A DNA stretch of 38,540 bases. Source: Candidatus Omnitrophota bacterium (GTDB lineage: Bacteria > Margulisbacteria > WOR-1 > XYC2-FULL-46-14 > WPAF01). Made by a program: the position numbers and the translations under genes. Every line of letters begins with the position of its first letter. The first letter of the stretch is position 1. The DNA is taken from assembly GCA_035506255.1 (NCBI GenBank), contig DATJPS010000017.1, positions 1-38,540 of the forward strand, given 5' to 3'. Under the pieces are notes generated by a model that was given only the letters and a program-made list of their open reading frames with translations, ran no database searches and was not told the origin of the DNA. Shown here one piece after another: positions 14,073 through 23,314 of this stretch.

Positions 14073-16219
14073 GCCTGGAAGACCTAAAGAACAAAATATT
14101 ATGTTACGACCCGTCCGCCGACACCCAGTTGATCGACCGCGTCTACGCTTTTGCCGCCGACAAGCATAGGGACCACAAGCGCTTTTCGGGCGACCCTTAC
14201 ATTACCCATCCGCTGGCGGTGGCCGAGATCCTGGCCGGGCTGGAGCAGGATGTCCCCACCATTTGCGCGGCGCTGCTCCACGATACCATTGAGGATGCGG
14301 GCGTGACCGCCAACGATATCGCGACCAAGTTCTCCCTCGAGATCGCCAAGCTGGTGGAAGGGGTCACCAAATTGGGACAGCTGGTCTATGAATCGAGGGA
14401 GATCCGTCAGGCCGAAAGCTTCCGCAAGATGTTCGTGGCGATGGGAGAGGACCTGCGCGTGATCGTGATCAAGCTCGCCGACCGCTTGCACAACATGCGG
14501 ACGCTTAAATACCTTTCTCCCGAAAAGCAGATCGAGACCTCGCAGGAGACCCGCGACATCTTCGCCCCGCTGGCCCACCGGCTGGGGATGTGGAAACTCA
14601 AATGGGAGCTGGAGGACCTGGCGTTCGCGTACCTTGAGCCGGAATCATACAATCTCCTGAGGAAAAAGGTGGGCGAAAGCCGCGAAGAGCGCGAAAAGTA
14701 CATTGAAAAATTCATCGAAAAGGTACAGGAAACGCTGGCCAAATTTGAAATCAAGGCCGAGATCTACGGGCGGCCAAAGCATTTTTACAGTATCTACCGC
14801 AAGATGGTCGACCAAAATCTTGAGTTCGAGGAGATCTTCGACCTGACCGCGGTGCGCGTGATCGTCGACACCCTGAAGGACTGCTACTCGGTTCTGGGTA
14901 TCATCCACGCTGCCTGGAAGCCGCTCCCCGACCGGTTCCGCGACTACATCGCCGTTCCCAAGAGCAACGGTTACCAGTCTCTCCATACCACGGTGATGGG
15001 GGAAGGGGCGCGGCCGGTGGAAGTGCAGATCAGGACAAAAGAGATGCACCGGATCGCGGAATACGGCGTGGCCGCGCATTGGGTGTACAAGGAAGAGGAC
15101 ACGGACAAGAAATTCGACAAAAAGATGGCATGGTTCCGGCAGATGCTGGAAACGCAGACCGAGCTTAAGGATGCCCGGGACTTCATGGATTCCCTTAAGA
15201 TCGACCTGTTCGTTGACGAAGTGTTCGTATTCACTCCAAAAGGCCAGGTGATCCAGCTCCCGCTCGGCGCCACCCCCATCGATTTCGCTTATCATGTCCA
15301 CACCGAAGTGGGCCACCGCTGCACCGGGGCCAAGGTCAACGGCCGCATCGTTCCGCTCGACTATCCGCTCAAGAACGGCGAGATCGTGGAGATCCTGACC
15401 GGCAAATCTGACAACACCACGCTTGACTGGCTCAATATCGTCAAGACCTCCGGCGCCCGCGCCAAGATCAAGAGCTGGTTCCGCAAGCGCAAACGCGATG
15501 AAAGCATAATCCGCGGAAGGGAAGCGCTGGAAGAGGAAGTGAAGAAACTGCGGCTCCATCCGAAAGAGGTCCTGACGGTCGAATGTATCGACTGGCTGGT
15601 CAAGGAATCAAAAGCAAAGAGCCATGACGATCTTTACGCCGATATCGGATACGGCGAGATTTCGGCGTTCGACAGCGCCCGCAAGGTCCGCGACCGGATA
15701 CCCGGCGCGCCGAAAGTGGAAAAGGAAGAGGCGCAGCCGTTCGTGCAGGCCAAGCCGAGAAAGCGGAAGATCATCCACGGATTGAGGATCGCGGGGATGG
15801 ACGGTATCCTTACCCGCATTTCAAAATGCTGCAAGCCTCTCCCCGGCGACGACATCATCGGGGTGGTGACGAGGGGAAGAGGGGTTGCCATCCACAAGAC
15901 CGATTGCGGCACCTTGCAGCGCTCCGATCCGGGAAAAGAGCGTCTGGTAAAAGTGGAGTGGGACCTGACCGCCGATATTTTTTACCCTGTGGAGATCGAA
16001 GTGGAGGCATTCGACCGGGTGGGCGTGCTGAAGGACATACTGGAAAAGATATCGGAGACCAAGACCAACGTTTCGAGCGCCGACATCAAGACCAAACGGG
16101 GCTCGACCATGTTCCTCAAACTGGTGATAGACATAAAGAACATCGAGCACCTGCAGCAGGTCTGCGCCGCCATCCGCAAGGTGGCCGACGTCTACGACGT
16201 CAGCCGGGCCACGCGCTGA
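14069..16219 (+). CDS. relA: Bifunctional (p)ppGpp synthetase/hydrolase (RelA/SpoT homologue)
   Basis: HD hydrolase domain (HPLAVAEIL...LLHDTIEDA), synthetase domain (GRPKHFYSIYRKM...DLTAVRVIV...GYQSLHTTV), TGS domain (VFVFTPKGQVIQLPLGATPIDFAY) and C-terminal ACT domain. ATGA overlap with the upstream gene. Confidence 0.95.
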   Translation: MSLEDLKNKILCYDPSADTQLIDRVYAFAADKHRDHKRFSGDPYITHPLAVAEILAGLEQDVPTICAALLHDTIEDAGVTANDIATKFSLEIAKLVEGVTKLGQLVYESREIRQAESFRKMFVAMGEDLRVIVIKLADRLHNMRTLKYLSPEKQIETSQETRDIFAPLAHRLGMWKLKWELEDLAFAYLEPESYNLLRKKVGESREEREKYIEKFIEKVQETLAKFEIKAEIYGRPKHFYSIYRKMVDQNLEFEEIFDLTAVRVIVDTLKDCYSVLGIIHAAWKPLPDRFRDYIAVPKSNGYQSLHTTVMGEGARPVEVQIRTKEMHRIAEYGVAAHWVYKEEDTDKKFDKKMAWFRQMLETQTELKDARDFMDSLKIDLFVDEVFVFTPKGQVIQLPLGATPIDFAYHVHTEVGHRCTGAKVNGRIVPLDYPLKNGEIVEILTGKSDNTTLDWLNIVKTSGARAKIKSWFRKRKRDESIIRGREALEEEVKKLRLHPKEVLTVECIDWLVKESKAKSHDDLYADIGYGEISAFDSARKVRDRIPGAPKVEKEEAQPFVQAKPRKRKIIHGLRIAGMDGILTRISKCCKPLPGDDIIGVVTRGRGVAIHKTDCGTLQRSDPGKERLVKVEWDLTADIFYPVEIEVEAFDRVGVLKDILEKISETKTNVSSADIKTKRGSTMFLKLVIDIKNIEHLQQVCAAIRKVADVYDVSRATR

Positions 16220-16238
16220 CTTTATCCTCCACCACCGG

Positions 16239-17189
16239 TCAAAAACCCCGGGTCTCTTTCACGAAGAACGGTTCGTTGCCCGAGACCTCGCGCAGTATCC
16301 GGTATATGTATTCGCCGATGATCCCCAGGAAGAGGAAAAGTATGCCGAACAGGAAGGTGGTGAGGAACGCGAGCGAGGCCCAACCGGGAACGTCGTACGC
16401 CCCCTTGATCATTACCCGCAGTACCAGATAGACCGCGAAGAGCAGGCAACCGAAACTCACGGCAAATCCGGTATAGATCGAGAGCCTTAGCGGGATGGCC
16501 GAATAGTTCACGATCAGGTTGGAGGCGAGCGAGAATAGTTTTGCCAGGGTATAGGTCGATCCTCCTTCCTTGCGCGGATGATGTTCCACTTCCACCTCGG
16601 CCATCCTATCCTGGGCCACATACTTCAATATCAACGCGGTAATATAGCAGTACCGGCTTTTTGCCCCGGCCGCGATGTGTTTTGCCACCTGCCGGCGCAT
16701 CGCGCGGAAAGTGGTGAAGCGAAAGCCGCGGGGCTTGCCCAGGATCAGGGTTTCGAGCGCGTTTATCATCCCGGACGCCAGATTCCTCAACAAACTGTGT
16801 TTTTTCTGGGCGAAGCAGCCGATCGCGATGTCGCTTCCCGAATCGATCGCCTTGATCAGTTTGGGGAGCTCCTCCGGCGGATGCTGCAGGTCATCGTCCA
16901 TGGTGGCGACGATCTCCCCACTGCTGTAAGCCAGACCGCATACGGTGGCGTTATGCTCGCCGAAATTGCGCGCCAGCTGGACCGCCTTGACCCTCCGGTC
17001 GGAGCGCTGGAGCTCTTCCAGCACCGCCCACGAACCGTCGGCCGAACTGTCGTCGACGAAGACCAGCTCGAACGTCATCTTCAGTCGGTCTCCGATCACA
17101 GCGCAAAGGCGGTCGTGCAACTCCCTCAATGTGGCCGCGCTGTTATATACCGGCACGACCACCGAAATGTCGATCTTTTCCGCGTTCAT
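16239..17189 (-). CDS. Family-2 glycosyltransferase, polyprenyl-phosphate sugar transferase type (ArnC/GtrB-like) with two C-terminal TM helices
   Basis: ISVVVPVYNSAATL...LVFVDDSSADGS...ARNFGEHNA...VATMDDDLQHPPEELPKLI, followed by hydrophobic C-terminal helices. Confidence 0.85.
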   Translation of the reverse strand: MNAEKIDISVVVPVYNSAATLRELHDRLCAVIGDRLKMTFELVFVDDSSADGSWAVLEELQRSDRRVKAVQLARNFGEHNATVCGLAYSSGEIVATMDDDLQHPPEELPKLIKAIDSGSDIAIGCFAQKKHSLLRNLASGMINALETLILGKPRGFRFTTFRAMRRQVAKHIAAGAKSRYCYITALILKYVAQDRMAEVEVEHHPRKEGGSTYTLAKLFSLASNLIVNYSAIPLRLSIYTGFAVSFGCLLFAVYLVLRVMIKGAYDVPGWASLAFLTTFLFGILFLFLGIIGEYIYRILREVSGNEPFFVKETRGF

Positions 17190-18019
17190 AAGGCAAGTTC
17201 CTTTCTGACCTCGGCCGGCGAGGCGATCTGTCGGCCAAAAGCGTTCGCCAATTTTACGATCCTTTCGACCAGCCTCCGGTTGGTCGCGCGCTCCGTTCTT
17301 TCCTCGTCGAACCAGATACTGTCCTCCAATCCCACCCGCACGCCGCCGCCGTCCGCGATCCCGATCGCGTTCATCCGGAGCTGCGAATCACCGATCCCGG
17401 CGACCGACCAGACCGATCCGGGCGGCAGTTCGGAAAGGATCAACCCCAGATGCAGCAGTTTGGCCTGCGCTGCGGCGATATTGCCGAGGATAATGTTGAA
17501 ATAGTAGGGCGGGGTGAGCAGCCCTTTTTTTATCAAATAATGGGCGAAGTTCACCATCCCCACGTCAAAGACCTCCAGTTCCGGTTTGATCCCTTTTTCC
17601 TTCATCTTTTCCGCCAGTTTAATTATCATGTCGGGGCTGTTGACGCTGGCGATGTGGTTGAAATTGACGGAGCTCAAGGTGAGGCTGGCCATGTCGGGCC
17701 TGGCCGCGCCCTCAAGGTCCAGCACCTCAGAACGCTTTTCGAACTCGCTGTAGGTCCGGCCGCTGGTGGTGGCGACGATCACCAGGTCGGGCCGCTTATT
17801 CCTGATGCCGGCGATGATCTCGCGGAAAATCTCCTTCTGCCAGGCGGGGGACCCTTCCGCGTCGCGGGCATGGACATGCGCCATCGAAACCCCCAGTTCC
17901 GAGCAACTTACGACATCTTCGATTATCTCCGACGGGGAGATCGGCACATTGCCCGTCATTTTCTTGGTCGGGATCATGCCGGTGGGAGCCAGATTGATGA
18001 TCAGTTTCTTCATCGTCAT
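17186..18019 (-). CDS. BKACE-family (3-keto-5-aminohexanoate cleavage enzyme-like, DUF849) protein
   Basis: MTMKKLIINLAPTGMIPTKK...SMAHVHARDAEG...PELEVFDVGMV...GGVRVGLEDSIW. The track ORF (to 18298) has an Arg-rich N-terminal extension that I consider spurious. The ATG at 18019 forms an ATGA overlap with the upstream stop, and the gene's own stop forms another ATGA with the GT2 start. Confidence 0.8.
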   Translation of the reverse strand: MTMKKLIINLAPTGMIPTKKMTGNVPISPSEIIEDVVSCSELGVSMAHVHARDAEGSPAWQKEIFREIIAGIRNKRPDLVIVATTSGRTYSEFEKRSEVLDLEGAARPDMASLTLSSVNFNHIASVNSPDMIIKLAEKMKEKGIKPELEVFDVGMVNFAHYLIKKGLLTPPYYFNIILGNIAAAQAKLLHLGLILSELPPGSVWSVAGIGDSQLRMNAIGIADGGGVRVGLEDSIWFDEERTERATNRRLVERIVKLANAFGRQIASPAEVRKELAL

Positions 18020-18648
18020 ACCTCTTTGGCCGGGATCCCGGCGACGGTCTTCCCGGCCGGTACGTCCTGGATCACTACCGCTCCGGCGCCGACCGTGCTG
18101 TTCGCGTCGACCGTAATGCCGGTCAGGACGGTCGACCCGGCGCCGATGACGCAGTTCTCTTTTATCGTTGACCGTCCGCCGACCACCGCTCCCGGTCCCA
18201 GCAGGGTGAAGTCGCCGATCGCCACTTCGTGGCTGACGATTCCGCCATAGCGGAGCGTGACGAAATCCCCGAGCGCGACATTGGCGCCGAGCACGCATCC
18301 TTCGGGGACGATGCAGCCGTCGCCGAGCCTGACGTAATTAAGGTCGACCGCGGGATGGACCAGGGTGGGGACGGGGCAGCGGCAGGAGCGGAGTAGCGAC
18401 GCCACGCCGCGGCAGCCCTCGCGGGTTCCGTTGACGTTATTGAAGATATGGACCTCGCCGTGCTTACAATGTTCCGCCAGCAATTCCCGCCCTCCCAGGA
18501 CCGGATACCCGTTCAGCTTTTTTCCTTTAAGGCCAGGAGTGTCGTCCAAAAATCCTAGTATTTCCCAGGTCGCCGAAGCCCGGTTGATCGCTTCGATCAG
18601 TTTGACGACGTCAAAAAATCCGGAGCCGTAGATCAGTATCTTTTTCAT
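18016..18648 (-). CDS. PglD/NeuD-family sugar N-acetyltransferase (left-handed beta-helix)
   Basis: The N-terminal Rossmann-like segment MKKILIYGSGFFDVVKLIEAI...GFLDD is followed by hexapeptide repeats (IGDFTLLGPGAVVGGRSTIKENCVIGAGSTVLTGITVDANSTVGAGAVV). Confidence 0.8.
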   Translation of the reverse strand: MKKILIYGSGFFDVVKLIEAINRASATWEILGFLDDTPGLKGKKLNGYPVLGGRELLAEHCKHGEVHIFNNVNGTREGCRGVASLLRSCRCPVPTLVHPAVDLNYVRLGDGCIVPEGCVLGANVALGDFVTLRYGGIVSHEVAIGDFTLLGPGAVVGGRSTIKENCVIGAGSTVLTGITVDANSTVGAGAVVIQDVPAGKTVAGIPAKEV

Positions 18649-18685
18649 CGCTGTTTATTGATTTTCCCATTTTACGGCGATCATT

Positions 18686-19822
18686 TCAATCGCCCAGCGC
18701 GCGGACGACGGCCGCGATCACCCGTTCCTGATCTTTTTCCATCCCCGGCCAGAGGGGGAGGCGGACCAGGGAGCCGCTGATCCGGTCGGTGTTCGACAGG
18801 TCGCCGCTGACGCAGCCGAATTTTTTCCCCGCCGGGGAACTATGGAGCGGCACATAGTGGAATGTCGCTTCGATCCCGTCATCCCGCAGCCGGCCGATGA
18901 GTGCTCTCCTTTCTTCCGGTCCGGAAAGGATGAGGTAGTAAATATGGCCGTTGGTCGTGCAATCGATGGGGAGTGACGGGCGCAGCGCTTTATTGCTTTT
19001 TTCCAGTTGCGAAAACGCCTGCTGGTATTCCCGCCAGAGCGATACCCGGCGCGCGGTCGTCTCGTCGGCTGCTTCGAATTGCGCCAGCAGCAGCGCCGCG
19101 GTGAGCTCGTTCATGAGGTACGACGAGCCGATATCGATCCAGGTGTATTTGTCCACTTCCCCTTTAAGATAACGCACCCGGTCGGTCCCTTTCTCTCTCA
19201 GTATTTCGGCTCGCGCGATGAAGCGCGGATCGTTGATCAGCAACGCCCCGCCTTCCCCCGACATGAGATTCTTGGTCTCGTGAAAGCTCAGCGCGGCCAG
19301 ATGTCCAATGCTGCCGGCCGGTCGGCGCTTGTAATGGGAAAGCACGCTTTGCGCGGTGTCCTCGATCACCAGCAGGCCGTGTTTTTCGGCCAGCTCCATG
19401 ATCGTGTCCATTTCGCACGGTATCCCGGCATAATGGAGCGGGACGATCGCCCTGGTCCGTCCGGTGATCGCAGCTTCGATCTTCGATCCATCAAGGTTGC
19501 AGGTGTCGGGGCGGATATCGACGAAGACGGGCACGCCGCCCCTGAGCACGAATGCGTTGGCAGTGGAGGGATAGGCGAACGATGGCATGATGACCTCGTC
19601 GCCAGGCCGGATATCGGCGAGCAGGGCCGCCATTTCCAGCGCAGCGGACCCGGAAGGGGTAAGCAGCGCTTTGCGGCATTCGATCCTCTCCTCCAGCCAG
19701 GCGGAACATTTTTTCGAGAAACAGCCGTCGCCGGAAAGATGTCCCTGCTCCAGGCTTTCTTTTATATAAGCCAGGGCCTTTTCAGGAATGTACGGATTAT
19801 TAAAGGGTATCATGACCGCCAT
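18686..19822 (-). CDS. DegT/WecE-type PLP-dependent NDP-4-keto-6-deoxyhexose aminotransferase
   Basis: FSKKCSAWLEE, LLTPSGSAALEMA, VIEDTAQS and SFHETKNLMSGEGGALLIND (the PLP-lysine motif typical of WecE-like enzymes). Confidence 0.85.
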   Translation of the reverse strand: MAVMIPFNNPYIPEKALAYIKESLEQGHLSGDGCFSKKCSAWLEERIECRKALLTPSGSAALEMAALLADIRPGDEVIMPSFAYPSTANAFVLRGGVPVFVDIRPDTCNLDGSKIEAAITGRTRAIVPLHYAGIPCEMDTIMELAEKHGLLVIEDTAQSVLSHYKRRPAGSIGHLAALSFHETKNLMSGEGGALLINDPRFIARAEILREKGTDRVRYLKGEVDKYTWIDIGSSYLMNELTAALLLAQFEAADETTARRVSLWREYQQAFSQLEKSNKALRPSLPIDCTTNGHIYYLILSGPEERRALIGRLRDDGIEATFHYVPLHSSPAGKKFGCVSGDLSNTDRISGSLVRLPLWPGMEKDQERVIAAVVRALGD

Positions 19823-21516
19823 CAGCGGCCCGGCCCGGCGCGCCTGACGGCCGGGCGATTTACGGATAATAGATATTTCCCTTTATCGTAACTGGCTATG
19901 ACTTTGAACCTCGGTTTGGGCAAGTGGTGTTCGGCAAAATACCTATAAAAGATTGGAATGAATTGATCACGTGACAACATAAAAAGATGTTTATCACTAT
20001 TTATAGCGGAGAGTAGGCTGGTCTGGTGGAACCGTGAAAGCGTTTCCGCGTTCAAGGGACTGTTAATTAGATGGTCGATGAAAAGCAAATGCAGACCGCG
20101 GTATTCGTTGAGATCGGAAAAGGGAGGAGTGCGTCCGATCGGCAGAACGGATCCCCTCATCAGGATAAGGTCATCCGCGCCGCGCGGAAGGCCGGCCAGT
20201 ATTTTGTAATAATATATTTGGTCGGTCCGGTTGGTGCGACTCTGGCTGGCAGCTGAAAAGACCTGCGCGCCCAGCAGGCAGGTTAAAAGCGCAACCACAA
20301 TCACGACAAGATATTTATTTTGAGGCGACGGCTTTTCTGCCGTGGCGCTGACGGATTCGACCAATGACGTCAGGCTTAAGAACAATAATACAGGGAGAAA
20401 GACCCGGTCGGGCAGTCGGGCGGTGTGCGAAAGCCAGATGCAGATGAGTACGGCCGTCAGGGCTTGCGCGCAGATGAGGCCGCGGCGTTCTTTCCCGATG
20501 CCCATTGCTAAAAATATCAGGTATACCAATGTTGCGATGATGGGGGGCAGGTTGGCCTTTAACGGTTCCTTCAGGGTCTTTATCGTGTCGGACAGGTTTC
20601 TCCAGTTGTGCGCGTTCTTTTCCACGTAAGTGATCTTTTCAATAGAATAAACGGTCTGGTCAAAATTGAACCCGTGCGCGAAGATGCGCTCGTCGTTCTT
20701 GCTCCATCCGACATGATCGAAGACCGGACGGTTCCTTTCGTTGTAGTCCAGTTTGGGATAGCCGTGCAGTTTGTCCCGTATAATCTGATACTGATGGTAT
20801 TTTGCCCACTGCGGGTCCTTCATGTAGTAGGCATCATCAAAGCATGCCAGGGCGGTCAACAGAACCGCGGACAGGAGCACGAAAACGACGGCCTGCCGCC
20901 GGCTTTTACCGATCATCAGGGTCAGCAGGACGGGCGCGGCAAGGAAAGCCAGCAGGTAGACGGAATCGATGCGGATGAGCCCGCCCCCCGCGACCAGCGC
21001 GGAAGCAATAACAAGATAAGCTGCGGCTTTTCCGCCCCGAGAATCGAGCGTGGTGATAAAAAGGCAGAATCCGCCGAGCGCCAGCGCAGAGGCGGCGGAG
21101 GTGAACTGCAGGCGCATCAGCAGCGGCATTTCGAAAATAATGAACAGCCCCAGATAATGGAAGACGGCCGGCCAGTCGGGTTTCCGCCTGATGATGGAAC
21201 ACAGGATCACGGTCATGGCGATAAAATGGGCCAGGTAAAGATAGATCGGGTACCAGCGGATGTTGCTTGCATGCAGGTAGAGGAACTTGAGCGCCAGCCC
21301 GACAATGACATTTGAATAAATAACATATTCACTTGGGGTTCCGGTCGTAACGCCAGATGCGGTGAGCAACATGATCGCATCGTCAACGGTGTCGAAGCAG
21401 GGAGTGAAGAACAGGAAAAACATCCCGAAGATGATGGCGTTGATGGCCAATGAAATAAAGAGTGCGCGGGTCCATGTCATTTTGTTGTTTGCCAATCCCA
21501 TTATGATGCCCATCAT
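19822..21516 (-). CDS. Large polytopic membrane protein with a C-terminal soluble domain; possible GT-C-fold glycosyltransferase
   Basis: About 10 hydrophobic helices in the first 340 aa or so. There is an acidic DTVDDAIM motif just after TM1, where GT-C enzymes carry their catalytic acidic motif. ATGA overlap with the aminotransferase gene. No family was recognised by eye. Confidence 0.4.
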   Translation of the reverse strand: MMGIIMGLANNKMTWTRALFISLAINAIIFGMFFLFFTPCFDTVDDAIMLLTASGVTTGTPSEYVIYSNVIVGLALKFLYLHASNIRWYPIYLYLAHFIAMTVILCSIIRRKPDWPAVFHYLGLFIIFEMPLLMRLQFTSAASALALGGFCLFITTLDSRGGKAAAYLVIASALVAGGGLIRIDSVYLLAFLAAPVLLTLMIGKSRRQAVVFVLLSAVLLTALACFDDAYYMKDPQWAKYHQYQIIRDKLHGYPKLDYNERNRPVFDHVGWSKNDERIFAHGFNFDQTVYSIEKITYVEKNAHNWRNLSDTIKTLKEPLKANLPPIIATLVYLIFLAMGIGKERRGLICAQALTAVLICIWLSHTARLPDRVFLPVLLFLSLTSLVESVSATAEKPSPQNKYLVVIVVALLTCLLGAQVFSAASQSRTNRTDQIYYYKILAGLPRGADDLILMRGSVLPIGRTPPFSDLNEYRGLHLLFIDHLINSPLNAETLSRFHQTSLLSAINSDKHLFMLSRDQFIPIFYRYFAEHHLPKPRFKVIASYDKGKYLLSVNRPAVRRAGPGR

Positions 21517-21582
21517 TTTACTTTATTACGGAAGAGCGGGCAATAGATCGCGATTCCGGGTGAGCCCCCGTAGGTTTTATAG

Positions 21583-21588
21583 TATAAT
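21583..21588 (+). promoter_or_regulatory. Candidate -10 hexamer TATAAT, 6 nt upstream of the trpD ATG
   Basis: The sequence reads tataat tatcac ATG. There is no SD in the spacer. Confidence 0.4.
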
Positions 21589-21594
21589 TATCAC

Positions 21595-22602
21595 ATGATA
21601 AAGGAAGCGATCGTCAAGCTGGTGGACGGCCACCACCTGACCCGCGAAGAGGCCGCCCTCACCGCCAACACCATCATGAGCGGCGAGGCCACCCCGTCGC
21701 AGATCGCCGCGCTCATCACCGCGCTGCGCATCAAGGGTGAAACCCCGGACGAGATCACCGGGTTCGCCGGAAAAATGCGCGAATACGCGGTCAAGATCCA
21801 TCCCAAGGCCCCGGCCCTGGTCGATACCTGCGGGACCGGCGGCGATGTTTCGTTCACTTTCAATATTTCCACCATTTCCGCGTTCGTCGCCGCCGGGGCG
21901 GGGGTGGCGATCGCCAAGCACGGCAACCGTTCCGTCTCTTCCAAATGCGGCAGCGCCGACCTGCTGGAGGCGCTCGGCATAAGGATCGACTTGCCGCCGG
22001 AAAAAGTGGCCGCAAGCATCGATGCCGTCGGGGTGGGGTTCATGTTCGCCCCCAACTTCCATCCCGCCATGAGACATGCCGGCCCTACCCGCCGCGAGAT
22101 CGGCATCCGGACGATATTCAACATTCTCGGCCCGCTCACCAACCCTGCCGGAGCGCAGAACCAGATACTGGGCGTGTACAGCGAAAGGCTGACCGAGGTG
22201 ATGGCGGAAGTGCTGAAGAACCTGGGGGCGCGGCACGCGCTGGTAGTGCACGGGATGGACGGGCTGGACGAGATCGCGATCTCGGACCGGACCAAGGTCT
22301 CGGAACTGAAAGAGGGGAAAGTACGCAATTATTTCATCAAGCCGGAGGATTTCGGTTTCAAACGCGCTCCTAAAGAGATGCTGACCGTGCAGAACGTGGA
22401 AGAATCGAAGAACATCGCCTGCGAGATACTGGAACAGCGGCAAAAAGGTCCGCGGACGGACATCGTTCTGATGAACGCCGCCGCCGCGATCTATGTCGCC
22501 GGTGCCGCCAAAACGATGAGCCAGGGCGTAAAATTGGCCGAAGGATCGATCGGATCGGGCGAAGCGTTCAATAAAATGGAGGGGTTGAAACATTTTCATT
22601 AA
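21595..22602 (+). CDS. trpD: Anthranilate phosphoribosyltransferase
   Basis: ITALRIKGET, DTCGTGGDVSFTFNISTISAFVAAGAGVAIAKHGNRSVSSKCGSADLLEALG, FMFAPNFHPAM, RTIFNILGPLTNPA. No other trp genes lie nearby. Confidence 0.93.
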   Translation: MIKEAIVKLVDGHHLTREEAALTANTIMSGEATPSQIAALITALRIKGETPDEITGFAGKMREYAVKIHPKAPALVDTCGTGGDVSFTFNISTISAFVAAGAGVAIAKHGNRSVSSKCGSADLLEALGIRIDLPPEKVAASIDAVGVGFMFAPNFHPAMRHAGPTRREIGIRTIFNILGPLTNPAGAQNQILGVYSERLTEVMAEVLKNLGARHALVVHGMDGLDEIAISDRTKVSELKEGKVRNYFIKPEDFGFKRAPKEMLTVQNVEESKNIACEILEQRQKGPRTDIVLMNAAAAIYVAGAAKTMSQGVKLAEGSIGSGEAFNKMEGLKHFH

Positions 22603-23314
22603 AGCGGAATCGCTGGTAAAAGCTTATCACGGTCACCGGGTGGTGGACGAGATCTCTATCGACGTCAACCGGGGGGAAGTGGTGGGGTTGCTGGGACCGA
22701 ACGGGGCGGGGAAGACCACCACCTTCTACATGACGGTCGGCCTGGTCAAGCCCGATGCCGGGCGTGTCTTTCTCGGCGAGCAGGACATCACTCATTTACC
22801 GATGCACAAGCGGTCGGAAGAGGGTATCGGCTATTTGCCGCAAGAGTCTTCGATCTTCCGTAAACTGACGGTCGAAGAGAATATCCTTATACTCTGGGAG
22901 CTCAAGGGCGGCATCCCGCGCAGCGAATACGAAAAGCGGCTGGTGGCATTGCTCGACGAGTTCGGCGTCACCCGGCTGCGCAAGCAGAAGGCATTCACCC
23001 TTTCCGGCGGGGAGCAGCGGAGAGTTGAGATCGCGCGCGCGCTGGCCACTAACCCGCAGTTCCTCCTGCTCGACGAGCCGTTCACCGGCATCGATCCCAA
23101 AACGGTGAACGATATCCAGGGGATCATCCGTTACCTCAAGGACAAAGGGCTCGGCGTACTTATCACCGACCACAACGTGCGCGAGACGCTTGCTATCACC
23201 GACCGGGCGTACATCATGAACAAGGGGAAGATCCTCGTTTCCGGCAACTCCCGGGAGGTGGCCGCGTCGGAAGAGGCCAAGAAGTCGTACCTGGGGGACC
23301 AGTTCACGCTCTAA
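22592..23314 (+). CDS. lptB: LPS export ABC transporter ATP-binding protein LptB (5' end uncertain: no canonical start codon precedes the conserved N-terminus)
   Basis: GLLGPNGAGKTTTFYM (Walker A), LSGGEQRRVEIARAL, LLLDEPFTGIDP, ITDHNVRETL. The track starts at GTG 22640. The frame is open from 22589 and encodes the conserved IKAESLVKAYHGHRVV strand. ATT 22592 lies 7 nt after GGAGGGG. Confidence 0.85.
   Translation: MFIKAESLVKAYHGHRVVDEISIDVNRGEVVGLLGPNGAGKTTTFYMTVGLVKPDAGRVFLGEQDITHLPMHKRSEEGIGYLPQESSIFRKLTVEENILILWELKGGIPRSEYEKRLVALLDEFGVTRLRKQKAFTLSGGEQRRVEIARALATNPQFLLLDEPFTGIDPKTVNDIQGIIRYLKDKGLGVLITDHNVRETLAITDRAYIMNKGKILVSGNSREVAASEEAKKSYLGDQFTL

Noticed and set aside
18020-18298. The N-terminal 93-aa extension of the BKACE ORF as given in the track (start at 18298).
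   Set aside because: The extension is an Arg-rich sequence that overlaps the acetyltransferase gene in another frame. The ATG at 18019 gives a normal BKACE N-terminus and a typical ATGA overlap with the upstream stop.
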